Shown: one piece after another, positions 11,555 to 24,769 of the stretch
Numbering within the stretch: position 1 is the first letter of the stretch
Layout: every line of letters starts with the position of its first letter
Assembly (NCBI GenBank): GCA_004764695.1
Contig: SMSO01000004.1
Location: 1,736,001-1,800,000, forward strand
Length of the DNA stretch: 64,000 nucleotides
Direction: 5' to 3'
Origin: Schizochytrium sp. TIO01
Taxonomy: Eukaryota > Protista > Bigyra: Labyrinthulomycetes
Position numbers and translations under genes: made by a program
The notes under the pieces: model-generated
The model's input: the letters and a program-made list of their open reading frames with translations, nothing else
What the model was told of the DNA's origin: nothing
Databases searched by the model: none

Positions 11555-12155
11555 TGTCTTGTTTCTTGTGTACGATGGAAGACTAATCTCCCATGATTTA
11601 CATTTCACTATCTCCTCGTAAAACCATTTGGATCAGGTATAATGAAAACATGAACAAGTACTTTCGTACCTTGCACAATATTCCAGATTGAATAAATATT
11701 GAAAACGATGGGAACTATAAGCCCCTGATATGCTCACTTTTGCTGGCAAGATGAATACAATTCGCGATAACATCTGAACAAGACTTGAATAATGCTAGGC
11801 TTTATTATTTGCTAACTTCTTTAGATTACAGCCAACCAGATTCTAACCTATATCTTGGAAAGATTCTGATATATATATTTGTTGGAAGTTCATACACGCA
11901 GATTTATCCACTAATTTCGCTGTTTAGCCCTTGACTCTTCTCCATGTTACGCCTTATTCCTCATGGGCTTGCATGGCTTACCTTTTAGTTTTAGCTTAGC
12001 TGCCGTTTATTTGAAAACATATGAGTATTTAATATGAGACTCAACGAATGACCCATAATACATGATTCCTTTGGAGAATTGAGGATGCCATTGTATACTT
12101 CCATACTTCTAAGGTGTTGCCAAAGATCTGGAGGACATGTGGCAATGTCAAATGA
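11555..12155 (+). pseudogene. Possible decayed GT31 (Galactosyl_T, pvg3-like) glycosyltransferase remnant
   Basis: Frame-broken fragments in family order: IWIRYNENMNKYF, FAGKMNT, LLTSLDYSQPDSNLYLGKI, WRIEDAIV. These resemble the ENMN..YVxKxDDD..DLYxG..ED motifs. Multiple stops and frameshifts. Confidence 0.3.
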
Positions 12156-12583
12156 AAAGGGGCAACGACTATAACAAGTTCCTGAAAGAATTGTGTATGG
12201 AAGCTCTTGATACAGGAAGTGTAAATCATATTCTCCAATTTTATTTTTTTTTAATGAAGATATAAACCTTCAAGGACTAAAAAATAGTAATCTTCCATTT
12301 TAGATAAGCTCCAGAGCGCGCGAGGGGAAGGTAAGAGGAGGGCTAGTGGCCACTTGAATAAAAAAAATGAAAAATGTACTGTAGGCTTTTGTTCGGAAAA
12401 TTGTAACTGCATCTTTGTACTAAACAATAGCATAATGTGGAATAATGCTGAACTCTGCTAGCTATTGAAGCCAAATACATGTGATACATACAACTGCACA
12501 AAATGCTACTCTATGTGCGCCTGAGAAAGATCTCTGACTTCTCTCTCACACACTCTCTTCCAAAGGTTTGCCAAAACAAGTAT

Positions 12584-13699
12584 TCAAGGTAATTTAGTGG
12601 CAACAACTCGAACACCACCAAGATTCCCTCCATGCCAAAGACGAACAATAGCGTCATAAAAATGAGACAGGTCACGAAAGGTAGCTTCGTTATGTACACG
12701 CTCGATGCGAGATTTCCCTTGCTTCCATATCGCGAATCGATCATCGCAGAACTTGGTCCACGTTTCCGTCAAATCTTCGAATTGCACGTCTGAAAAGCCA
12801 GCAGCCTCAAGTTCTGCGATATACTCTTCACGGCTAGGCAATTCATTTCCGTCACAGTAGACATCGTCCTGGAGGATGCGAAGCTCCTCTTTTGTGAAAT
12901 CATCTCCACGACGAAAGAAGTCCTCAACGTATAACTTAGCACCAGGCTTCAGAATCTCCGCCCCGCGGCTCCACATTTTCTGGCGCCCCTGAGCACCCAT
13001 ATGGAGAATGCATAGCCATGAAACGAGACCATCTGCACTCCCAGGAGGTGTTACGAGCTCGTCCTCAAGAAAATTAGCAGCCACAACATTGCAATAATCG
13101 CCGTCGAGACCTGCTGCCGAGGAGAGAAGGTTCCCAACATGAGCTTGATCTGGTTGTAGCTCAACTCCGAGAACCTGAAGACCTGGGCTTAACCAGGCCA
13201 TTGTACGAGCTGGGTGGCCCAGGCCAGACCCTACATCGATGACAAGTTTGCCCTTGCCGTTCTCTTCTTCTAATCCCAAAGTATCAAGCGCAAGTTGGAC
13301 ACTGTCACGTTGACCATAATTCAGGTACATGCCTGGAAGGTTGAGAAGCATGTCCTGCGTGACATTTTCGAGCAGCACATTCTCGCCGCTGCCCTCTACT
13401 CGTGCCCCCGCCTCCCGGAGCTCATTGTATACGCGCTCCACATGGTTGTATAGCTTCATCGTCTTGATCGCATGCTCATCAGTCGAAGGTTCTTCTTCAG
13501 TCCCTTGCTGCATCTTGTCGTTTTCTCCTCGAAAAGGCCACAGATCGCTCTGAAGCACCGTCGTATTGTCTAGAAGCACCTCGCCAGTTCTTTTGAGAAA
13601 ACCAACTCCGTTGAAGTGCCTCTGTTCTCGCCCTTGCCTTGCTTGTGACAAGAATTCCTCGATAATTGTCTGTTCGTAAGACGCGATCTTGGCCAGCAT
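12584..13699 (-). CDS. Class I SAM-dependent methyltransferase (sarcosine/dimethylglycine- or phosphoethanolamine-MT-like, Methyltransf_11/25)
   Basis: Motif I VIDVGSGLGHPAR, post-I VLGVELQ, DGLVSWLCILH, ILKPGAKLYVEDF, LEAAGFSDVQFEDLT, and C-terminal GGNLGGVRVVATK. The 5' end is uncertain. Confidence 0.9.
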   Translation of the reverse strand: MLAKIASYEQTIIEEFLSQARQGREQRHFNGVGFLKRTGEVLLDNTTVLQSDLWPFRGENDKMQQGTEEEPSTDEHAIKTMKLYNHVERVYNELREAGARVEGSGENVLLENVTQDMLLNLPGMYLNYGQRDSVQLALDTLGLEEENGKGKLVIDVGSGLGHPARTMAWLSPGLQVLGVELQPDQAHVGNLLSSAAGLDGDYCNVVAANFLEDELVTPPGSADGLVSWLCILHMGAQGRQKMWSRGAEILKPGAKLYVEDFFRRGDDFTKEELRILQDDVYCDGNELPSREEYIAELEAAGFSDVQFEDLTETWTKFCDDRFAIWKQGKSRIERVHNEATFRDLSHFYDAIVRLWHGGNLGGVRVVATKLP

Positions 13700-14327
13700 C
13701 TTCGTTTCGTATCGACGTAAAATAAACCTTCCAACAACACAATTACTATAATTACTAATAATAGGAGTGCTAGTAAGTAAGTACTTCTTCCAAGCGTGAT
13801 CTGACCCACGATTTAAATAGACGAGCAGAACCTAGCCACAGCTCAGTTGATAAGCTCGTTCTGAAAGATCCATCGCATGTGTGCGCTGGGCAATTGATTG
13901 AGCAAGAGCATCGCAATAATAAACTTAAATGATTTGGAATGTGCATATAATAAAATGGAACTAAAAACATTGGATGCAATTTCAGGTAACAAATAATTTT
14001 GTATGATTGATTACGATGCCGGTGGAAGGTACATCTGTGTTTTCGGATACTGTAAACTGGAACCATGAATGTTGGATAGTATTTATGTGATATTGTAACA
14101 TTCTGACTTGTCTAATAATTACGCTCATTCGAGTGGTACATCTCTTCTTTTAAATGATTTATAAATCTTGCACTAATTCTACTCTGTGATGTTTGAACTT
14201 GAAGCCACATAGAACAACCAGGTGCATCATATTATCAAAACCGTAGCAAGCATTTCGGATAAAACTGAAAAGTATTGTATGAATAGTATTGCACCAGAGC
14301 TGAGAACAAGTCATTGTAAGCTCTAAA

Positions 14328-14996
14328 TTAAGAATATGAAGAGCGTGCATAAGGATAGCAACAGGTTACTAGTGAGTGGTATTGATACATAATTTTTACG
14401 TGCTCATTGAATGTACCGCTTTTCTTAGAATGCATCTGCGGCCTAAAAACATATTCGAGACAGATCTTCAATAGATTCGATTGCACGTGATGCGGTCTTG
14501 TTTTGTTACCAAGTTCAGGTGCCTTTCGCACGTAAGAATGGAGACCATTAAGATCCAAGCTCGCGCCCATCTCTACGGATGCATCGTACGCAGCAGAGCC
14601 GAGCAAGTTAAGTTTAGTTTGATCACGATATGACAGTTGAATATAATGAGTAATAATCTCATCGTTAGACTCACTGTTGCGGAAAATCATCAAGCAGGAT
14701 AGCGCCATTACGGTGCCCCATTTTTCTAAGTCGCCACTATCTCCAAAACATGATCCTTCAACTTCCTTAGAATTACTCGACACATGACGAGGGTTCAATC
14801 GAACTTGCTCGATGCCTTCCCGTAACGCATTAGCATTTGAGCCCTGGTTACTCACAATCAACTGAGACGTCAACGAAGATTCGTAGAAGTCGCTTCCAAA
14901 AGCAGCAGTAGTAATCAATAGTGCCACAGAATTAGAATCTATCTGCAGAGATTGATAAACCTCGATAAAACGATGAGCAAACACAGACCTCCGCAT
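14328..14996 (-). CDS. Hypothetical 222-aa ORF, possibly a truncated or decaying gene
   Basis: ATG-initiated, non-repetitive ORF. LSCLMIFRN..EIITHYIQL only faintly recalls GT2_4/GT92 N-termini. No other support. Confidence 0.3.
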   Translation of the reverse strand: MRRSVFAHRFIEVYQSLQIDSNSVALLITTAAFGSDFYESSLTSQLIVSNQGSNANALREGIEQVRLNPRHVSSNSKEVEGSCFGDSGDLEKWGTVMALSCLMIFRNSESNDEIITHYIQLSYRDQTKLNLLGSAAYDASVEMGASLDLNGLHSYVRKAPELGNKTRPHHVQSNLLKICLEYVFRPQMHSKKSGTFNEHVKIMYQYHSLVTCCYPYARSSYS

Positions 14997-17900
14997 TTCA
15001 ATACAAACTTCAAATCACAATGATATTTTAAACTTCTAACAAGTTGTTTTATAGTGTTATTCCTATCCATTAATATTTATTGCGGCACTTGATCTTAACT
15101 CCTGAGTCGATCAACTAAGATGGCTTAGGATCCATAGGGAAAGGGAAAACCGAACTCGCAATTTTGGGGGGATGTGTCTTCTCTTTGCGTTTGTTGAATA
15201 AAACAAGTTAACAAGTTAATATTTAAGTTTAACGTTTTTAGTTGGAATCAAAGTTTTAATGTGGCGGGACGCGGTGGGAACTTACCGCCCAAATACGCAC
15301 ACATGTCTGGAAAGTGGTGGTTGTAGTACGAGCATGCTCGAAAACATTGCGCAACATTGTACATCGGGCTGCCTTAAGGATTTTGTCCAAAAGGGAAGAA
15401 TTTCGTCACAACGTGCAGGCGCAAAACATGCGTCATAACCTCCTTCCTTAAACAATCCGAGTAAAGCTTGGCAGGAACTGCTTCACGTCCAACAGGAATG
15501 TGGTTTACCAGTAGATTATAAGCCCGCACTGCTCTGTTATAATGATACAGCGCAACACGAAAAGGATAAACGGGATTGATGATTATCAATGCAGCGATCC
15601 ACTTGGAGCCTGGATCAATCGAACGTTCCACGCAAATATCAACATCGCATGACCAGTTCGTGATAAGCAGCAACAAGTCTAATAACACACTTACAAAATA
15701 ACATAGATGTCTCAATATCATATCCTCTAGGTCGCGTAAAAGAAATGATGAGGAACCGAGGACGTGCGATGCACATACACTTTTTTAAGATTGTACACAT
15801 TGCATTTGCACTCAAATCATCGATAGTAAACGAGTTTTATAGAGCAACCTCGTGCTGTGTGTACACCTTTGTATCCATTGATCACTTCATTGCTCGATAT
15901 TACTATAGAACGACAGCGCAAAGCCGTCAATAGCTTACGATCGTGTACAGAAGTCAGATTCTTCAAACGACCGTTTTCTGTTACAGTCAGGGTCTTCTGG
16001 GAAAGAATTAGCGTAGATCAGCTGTAAAAAAAGTGGTAATATGAACGGTAGCAATCTATTGATAGCCGAAAACCCGAATTTATAGTTAGGAGACGGAGGA
16101 ATCTTCTTCTTGCTTGTCTTGATGTGTGCTGAGAAGTTGACTGAGAAAGATGAGCGTATATCTTTGTGGTTCCAGAGAATAAGATCTGAGGACAGGCACG
16201 TAGCTAATACTTATGAGCTAGCGATCTATTCATCTCAGCTGACCTTGGTCATCTCAGTTGACCTTGGTATTTTGTTCAAACGGTCATAAAAGACATTTCT
16301 TACACGGAGAGAGCACGACATCCGTACATATCCTCGACCATCAGTTCTGGATTTGGTTAGCTACATATCCCATTTTCCAGTCATGTGAGTGTAAGGTACT
16401 TCCAGCCTCGAGAGACATCAGTCAAAATTCCTACTAAGAGCGTAGCTTAGGGTTTGTTGGTTTTACAAACAGCACTGAGAGCCCCTTCCGTAATACACAT
16501 GCAAGTACGTTTTGTCATTGACCCCAGGACCCCCCCCCCTATATCCACGGTCAAAGCTTTGAATAGACTACCTCAATTGTGTTGTTGCAGCAGTCTTTCA
16601 ATTGTGATATGAGGTATTCTACCTTGAAATTCATCAACAATGTCTCAAAGTCTAAATCTACACAGACATTCCAAGGCGTCTCTAAGGAATCTCAGCATAA
16701 TAATGGCTTGGGTTTGCCAGTCCGCCTTATTCTGAAAACATGTAACTGTCGAAGTTGTAAAAATCTAAACCTATTTTATTTTGGTATACTTTGCAAACGT
16801 AGGAAATTAATGAATAATCCGCTCTATTCACAGAGTGAGTTGCAAAAGGTTGAAAATTCGAATTTTCAATTACTATTTGTTCCTCACTCGCAAAATATTT
16901 GAGATCATCTCAGAGAAAACATGGGTAACAAACTAGTCTAGCTGCAATACAAGTTTTTGAATAAACAACACATACTTACAAACTTGTAAGTCTTCGTAAT
17001 GAAATAGTTTTCTAATTTGCTGCATGGACCTTGGATCAATTAATCTCGTATTTTAAACTGAGCTTCTAGCCTCACCTTCAAGCGATAGCGAGCTCACAGT
17101 TCAGTTTCGAGTTAAGAGAGGACAAGGTCTCAACTTCTGTTACTGGCTGCTTTTTTGCAGGTTCCAGTGCAAATCCTGAAAAACAGTCTTCACCATCCGC
17201 TCTTCCAGACAGAATGCTTGTGCCTCTGGGGGGAAAGGAATATATGAAAGTTCAGTGTTAGTAGAGTTAAATTCCCTTCACTTCTCATTAACAAAATTGA
17301 GAGCATCATCTCCACAACAAAGTTTCGTGTTAGTGAATACTAAGATGTATGAGAGGGGTGTTAGAATTTGAATTCAAGAGAAGCTTTAAATATCACCAAC
17401 CTCTGACACACAATTTTTACTGGTCTTGACGCCTAGAGACCTGAAATTCCGCCAAACACTCCCACCTCCTATTTTATTTAAAATACACTGTTTCATCATG
17501 AATAGGTATAGGCCTATATATATATAAGAATTGCAAATTGTATGAAAAATAACATTATTCGCTATTGATCTGTACAATAAATACAATTCGTTTAGCTGGA
17601 GACCATGATGACTATTGCATTGTCAAAGGGTCTTAAGCGGGAGTAGTGTGTGTGCTATGGAAAACATTTTCGCAACACCACTGATCTTTCTCTCTCTTTC
17701 TTTTGTTCTTTTTTTCTTCTGCCCATACTTTTCTTTACTCCAATGTCTTCATTTGTTCGATGGACCCGACCTCATGACTCCCTATTTGTCCAAGGGGCAA
17801 CTATTTGCCATTGTAACATGAGATTCGCGTCTCCACACGCCAACCAAAGGATGATAATTAGGCTCTGTTTTTTCATTTGTAAAAGCACAATAGGATAAAT

Positions 17901-20900
17901 TTGATCGGACAAATGCTCAATTCTGCCGTAAAAGGTGCTATCCATATTCGTATTTATGTTAGCATATCATACGGCGTTTGAGTATACCTCTGTTGACGAC
18001 GTTCTATTTGGTGAAAAAAAGCGGGGGTGGGTTTATATAAATCGTGTACGCGAGAATACGATATATACAGGTTGATCATGACAAGAAGGTTGACCTTGTT
18101 TTCGAATAAAGGAGGGTGTTGTCTTGATCATTTTGACCAACTTGAATGAGAGTGACATGATAAAAATTCAACTTTTGATCTTGAGAGAGAGAAGAAACTC
18201 TACCCACGTAGTTATAATATACTTGATTTTAGCTCGGGCATGTGCGGTATGCGTGTACGCTTTGCGTAAACCCGATTAATAGATTCGAGAGTTTAATTAA
18301 TTGCGAGCTTAGGTTGCTCGAGGCAGTGGAAGTCTACACACTCCTCTGATATCTTCTTTACCACAAAAAGCCCAACTTCCAAACATCCCGGAGCAGAAGT
18401 TGCAAATGGCATCCTGAGACTCATTATTACTGCAATTTCTGTTATAGGTATTCCCGAAAGCTGCAATTTCAATTCAGCAGAGATATATCCGAGCTAGTTT
18501 CTGCCCCAACGCTCCGCTGTAAAGATTGCCTGTATTATATTTTATTAATATATATATATATGTATGTATATATATATGTATATTTGTAATCATATGTATT
18601 TATAAAATAAATAAAACTAATTTAGATTCATAGATAAGAAAGACTCAGAGAAGGGGACAGTGAACAGCTTCTTGCGACCAGTGCTGTTCTGGCTTGTTGG
18701 GTTTGTCTCGTCTGATTAGAGATGGACATTGAGGGATTTGGTGAGTCTCTATACATAGACTTAAGAGGTTTCCGTGTGGAGATAAACTACAGCTCATGTT
18801 GTAATAGCATCATTTTCTTATAGCTGAAACGCTTAGCTTCCAAATGTAGATAGTTGATGCGCGATGTCTGCTAATCAGAAGCCACCACAAGATCATCTGT
18901 GTTCTTGCCACGATGCGCTCAAAAGAAAATTCAAGTGTTTTATTCGGAAAGCAGCACCTCCTTTTTAAAAACGGTGTAAATACGGGGAACTCTGGGCCTA
19001 CTAGGTGCCAGTTAGAGGAGCATCTACGGTCCATCATATCGCTCTTTTAATGAAAACAAAAGCAAAGACTGGATTTTGCTCTCACAAGCGAAGTTGCTAG
19101 TTCGTGGTCCTGAGATCTCCACTCTTCATGTCTCCTCGATGTACTACATGATGCCATCCTATAAATCATCGATGCAGACCACCAAATTTAATTTTAGGTA
19201 ACAGCCAAAACCGAACTGCAATCATCATTCTCAGATCGACTTGAACAGTGAAAGGCGTGTAACCAATTCATCCCGGAGCCTCATAGGTATGTTCGTCCTT
19301 CAGAACGACCGCAGAGATTTTCTAGCTACTAATTGCAGAGCGTCAATTCGCATAAATGATAGAGTAGCTAGAAGAAATGCTGACAACAACAGAGGTTTGG
19401 TCTTCGACATTTTGGTAGACCTAACTTAAACCAGCAGAAATGCCTCTCTAAAGCAGGTCCAGCTGGAAATCTTGAAGCCACGAGGTACTATTAATCTGGG
19501 CAGAACTTATAGCGAAAACGGAGTGTCCGTGGCATCCATAGAAAAGGAACGAAATTTAGTTTAGTTGCTGAGTTGTTATGAGGTTGGTTCCCGTACTTCT
19601 CATACTTGCTCGTGACACTGTAGAAGAAGGCTGCGTAGCCTGGTTACTACTACATACCTAGCACTGGTAAACAGAAGGTATAACTTCCACTGGTTTTTGG
19701 TCGCCCTTACGGATATCTCCACAAGGCACTTAAAAAGACAAAAGCAGGTGGTATGTTAGGAAGAGAAAGATGTTGCGGTCTGAAATGGTTCCCATTTAAT
19801 ATTCCCCTGATTATCAAAATCCCTTAGTTGTGGAAGCTTGATAAAGTAATTAGAGCAACGAACGTTAGGTTTTCTCTGTGTATTTAAAAAAGATGTTATC
19901 CCCTTTTTGCTCCAGGGGTTTTGCATACACTATAAAAATTCAAATTCTGGTTTGGTTTGTACAATCGTTATTTTTAGCACAACAGCAGCAGCAAAACTTT
20001 TTTGCGTCTGGAACTCTTTGCCTTATCTGTTTAAAGTAGTAACTAGTCTAAGTCCTAGGACTGCATTATGCAACTTGACGTAAGTAAAGATGAAGGTACC
20101 TATGAACTGGGAGTTTCTCTGTTGTAAATAGAAATGCTACTGACTTAGGTAGTTGGTTATCTATGCAGTACTTGAACATTTTCTTTTTCTCATAGCTAAC
20201 TACTCGTTTTTTGTACTGAAAGTGTTGTTTAGTTTGAACTCGTGTGTAGGCGTTGACATGTTTTTAATTCAAAAAAACTCGGCAAATCTCTGGCTTGTAC
20301 AAAAACTTGCGAGTTGATGTACCTCACTCACACTACGGACTCACATATACATCGAAAGGAAATGATCAGCGGGTTATCCAAGGCAAAATCATGCCATGTG
20401 CAAATCGACCTAAACTAAATCCGGTGTTCGCCTTCTAAATGGTATAGATTGCAAGAAAAAAGGGAGAACCCGCATCAATATAAATTCGAGGAGGCAAGGT
20501 TAGGATAGTCTTTCCCACTACGTTTGTGGTTAGCATGTTGAGGAAAGAAGAACATGCATCATCATTTTACATGTGTGTTGATTTCTTCATGTACACTTTC
20601 ATAAGCATTTGCAACCCTAAAATCGAACAACACACTCATTCATTGGCTGACTCCGCTCATCCACAAAATGTGGCTTCTAACTTGTACTTTTCACACCAAA
20701 ATGATTCAGGGGGCATTTTTATTCTGATTGCAGATATAAGTCCACGGTCTGTTTCCCCTCCCTACCTAACTCTCAAATTTTTTAATTTATTTCTTAAATT
20801 AAAAGACATAAAACACATTATCTCGATCATTGCAGTAATTGCGAAAAGAAAGACTATAACTTGATCGGAGCCAGGGCGTCTTATTCGATTCCTTCCCCGC

Positions 20901-21353
20901 TTCCTTATATTCCTCGCTAACTAGCTAGCTAGCTTCGGGTAGAAACTCAACTAAGTACAACGGTACTAGGGCTCCTGAGTGGTGCTCTCTTATATGTTTG
21001 TAGTTTCACCTGTCCTACTGCTGTACTACTAATGCTGCAGCGTAAAGTAGGCAGTACTATTACTAGAATCTTTTTGTATTTTCCATCGCTCGCTTCTTTA
21101 GAAACAAAATAAAATGAAAATAAAATGAAAATAAAAGAATGTCAAAAATTCAATGTTAACAGAAGAAAGCTGCTGAAGTGAACAGGTGTCGCTCACGCAA
21201 TTTCGAGCTTCACGTGATGTAACATTAGGTAGTAGAAGTATATTATGAGGTTTTTCATTTCAGGTAACTCGCCCGTTGATAATCATCATAAAAAGAAGTT
21301 GAAAAGAATGAATGCATCTCCAGTGGTAGCCTACAGGAAAAGAGAAAGAAAAG

Positions 21354-21620
<267 letters not shown>

Positions 21621-23627
21621 AGGAAGAGTTTCATTTCATTTCATCGCTGTGCCTCCCTCCCTTTCGTCGATAATTTTCAAAGCTACCTTGGACACTTGTC
21701 GAGTACGATACGACACCCCAGGCCGGTGGCCTCCGATCACCAATTCGCGTTTGTACCTCCAGCAGCCAGTTAGTAGCTTACACATCTGCTCCCACAGAGA
21801 TTCCCGTCGAGAACAAATACTCCAAAACATTCCCCCCTCAGAAATTTCTATTTTATAAAAATAAATACCTTCATCAGTTAAAAAAAATATAAAAAAAATC
21901 TTCGATACCTCATTCTTCAATTTTTTTGTTTGTTTTTTGTTTTGCACTTAATAAATCATAGCTGAAAATCTGCCAAAGTCAACCTGAATTTTGGCAACCA
22001 TGGATATATAGGGAGGTAGGCACACCTATCGGCAAGTCTCAATTGTAATCTTCCTCAACGCAGTCAAACTTGGTCACGACACGATGCTTGGTGCACAATG
22101 GTTGATGGAGAGACTCGCAAGTGTTAAGAGTGGAATCCTTCTCGCCGCCTCAAGCCATCTAAGCCCCGCGCCACCCAGTAAGTAGGTACGCGCGTACTTT
22201 GCCTTCATGGTCAAAACGTGCGGCACGAGCCATACATAACCATGACTCAGGACTTACACAGAATGGATGACCCTTCCCAGAGGTATTCTCTGATAGTAGT
22301 TACATATCACCTACTAGCCTACGCCAACTTGCGGCAGAGGTCACAGCGGAGCCCCAAAGTTATAGGATCAATCTCCGAAGAGCTCCCATGGGAATTAGGG
22401 CAAGAGGATAGATAAGAAGACAAGCTCGGCATAAGTGGGCTTCACTCGACGACTCGACGATACTCGACTCGACTCCACTTGAGTCGACTTGAAGTAAGTT
22501 GTTACTCGCAAGGTTTGCCAAAAGTACTCGCAAGCTCTGGCTTCCCCAAGCCGACCAAGGTAGTGGCCCGGGTTGATGAAAGAAGAGGTCCGTGCTAGGT
22601 GTTGAAAGAAATCGTGGAAGCCCATCATTAGTTAACTTGTAGTAAAATTTCAAAGGGCTCCCTCGGGTACCTCGCGCACTCACGCAATCACTACTGCAAC
22701 TTACTTACACCCCGATGAGCCAGTGCTACTCTTGCTAGCCCGAGATCCCTATTTTGAAAAGTAGAGACGTATTCTAAGACTCATATCCTCGCGTAGTTCC
22801 TCCTTTCTTTCAAAGCTCTTTTCCAGTCTCTGTATTTATTTAATGTTCTTCTGTAAAATTAAAAAAGCAAAAAAAGTGTTTTACTAAAACCTTACAAATA
22901 ACTTGGACTTTTTACTTTTTGCTTTCCATGTGATCAAATATTATAATCACTGGCGGACTCAAAGTTTTTTTGTTTTTTTGTTTAAAAAAAATATAAATTA
23001 ACAATAAACAAACATAAAATAAAATAAGAAACCTTTTTATAAAATCAAAATTATCATCTTACTTTTCTTACAATTAATTTTAAATTAAAAAATACGTTCA
23101 AAGATTTATATTGGATGATTGTTAGTGGCACAATGGTACCTAGCCATAGGTAGCCCAGAACTAACTACACTATCACAGCTTGTCTGCTGCAGTCTGTAGT
23201 ATTGGTGACACAGTCTTTCCTGTTCCTCTCTTATCTCTTACTCTGAGTTATGTTTCCTCCAAGTCTACATTACTCTGAGATCCCTAGGTCAGAAGCTCCA
23301 ATCTCTTATTCCTCAAATTTATGGCACATCTCTTTTTATTCGCAATGTTTCTTTGTTAAATCTCTATTGTGACTCTATCTGCGCTCTTTCCATGAGGCCT
23401 CCAACCGATCGATCTATCCCTATCTATAAATAGATTCATATTGAATCTCTAAAAATCCATGTTTCATAATTTCAAACATGGAAATACATAACAACAGTAC
23501 GTATAAAATAAAATAAGATCAAGAAAGCCCCAAAGGCTCTTCAAGAACTTAGCTGGTGGCGGTAACATCACTACCGGTAGTAGGTCCTACTGCTACTACT
23601 TTAGCAGCGCTGCTCAGTGAGTTATGG

Positions 23628-23628
<1 letters not shown>

Positions 23629-23674
<46 letters not shown>
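23629..23674. repeat. (TATC)n microsatellite at the left edge of a GC-rich island
   Basis: Visible tandem array. Confidence 0.95.
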
Positions 23675-24599
23675 CATCAGCACCGCCCTTCTCAAGGGAT
23701 CGATTCGTCGAGCGCCGTTCCGTTCCGCCTTTCGCACACCACTCCCTCCCTCCCACCCTGTGTCTCTCATCGTCGTCTGTCTCATCTCCAAGCAAGTCAA
23801 CTCTGTCTGTCTCGTGTGCCTCGAGCTTAGTCCGCTCGCCCTCGAGGCCTGCTGGCGGTCGATCGCTCGCTGCCAGCCTGTCGCGCCTCGTGGATGGGTG
23901 GCGGAGGGCGCCCGCCATGCTGCGAGCGAGCGAGCGCCCGCCAAGGGAGGCTCCGCCCTCGAGCGTAGGATGTGGATTCACAAGCTTTCGCAGCGAACCG
24001 CGTGAATTCACCGCATCAGTAAGCAGCCTTCCTCCCCCTCTTCTGCGCCTCCTCTCCTGCTTCTCCTTCTCCTACTCCCTCTTCGCAGGCAGAGGCGAGG
24101 CGGCAGGCGGGCAGGCGGGCAGGCGCAGGCAGGCCCGCGCTCGCGCTTGCCCGCGCTGTGGTCTGCTGTGATCTGCGGATCGCCGTCTGCGTCGGGTCGT
24201 AGGGCTCCTGCCTGTGATTGGTTGCTTGCTCCCCAAGCCTCCGCCGCCTTTGTTTGTTTGCTGATGGTGCCGATATTGTTGGAGTTCTTCGCTCTTCGTT
24301 CATCTGTCTTCTTGGTCCGTCTGCGCGACCTCGAGAGGAGGAGGAGGGGGAGGAGGAGGACCTGAGCAGCGAGCGCTGCAGATGGCTGCCGCGGGAGCGA
24401 TCGTTGCGGCGGATCCCAGTCTCGCGGCGTCCGGCGGGGCACGTAGTACCTACAGCCAATCCGCGAAGGAGGGAGGGAGGGAGGGATTGAGCAGCACACG
24501 GCGTTCAAGGCGCGCAGACCGAACAGGGTCTAGCTAGAGCGGCACTCACTTCGTGATTGATTGTTTTGTTATATTGATTGTTATGGTTTGTTCGTTATT

Positions 24600-24769
24600 G
24601 TCTGTTAATGTTTATCATTGTTTGTTTGTTTGAAATTGTTTGAAATTGTTTGTTAATGTTTATTATTGTTTGTTTGTTTGAAATTGTTTGTTTGTTTGTT
24701 TGTTTGTTTGTTTGTTTGTTTGTTTGTTTGTTTGTTTGTTTGTTTGTTTGTTTGTTTGTTTGTTTGTTT
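24600..24769. repeat. (TTTG)n microsatellite with a short upstream direct duplication
   Basis: About 21 perfect TTTG units at 24684-24769, preceded by two near-identical copies of tgttaatgtttat(c/t)attgtttgtttgtttgaaattg. Confidence 0.95.
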
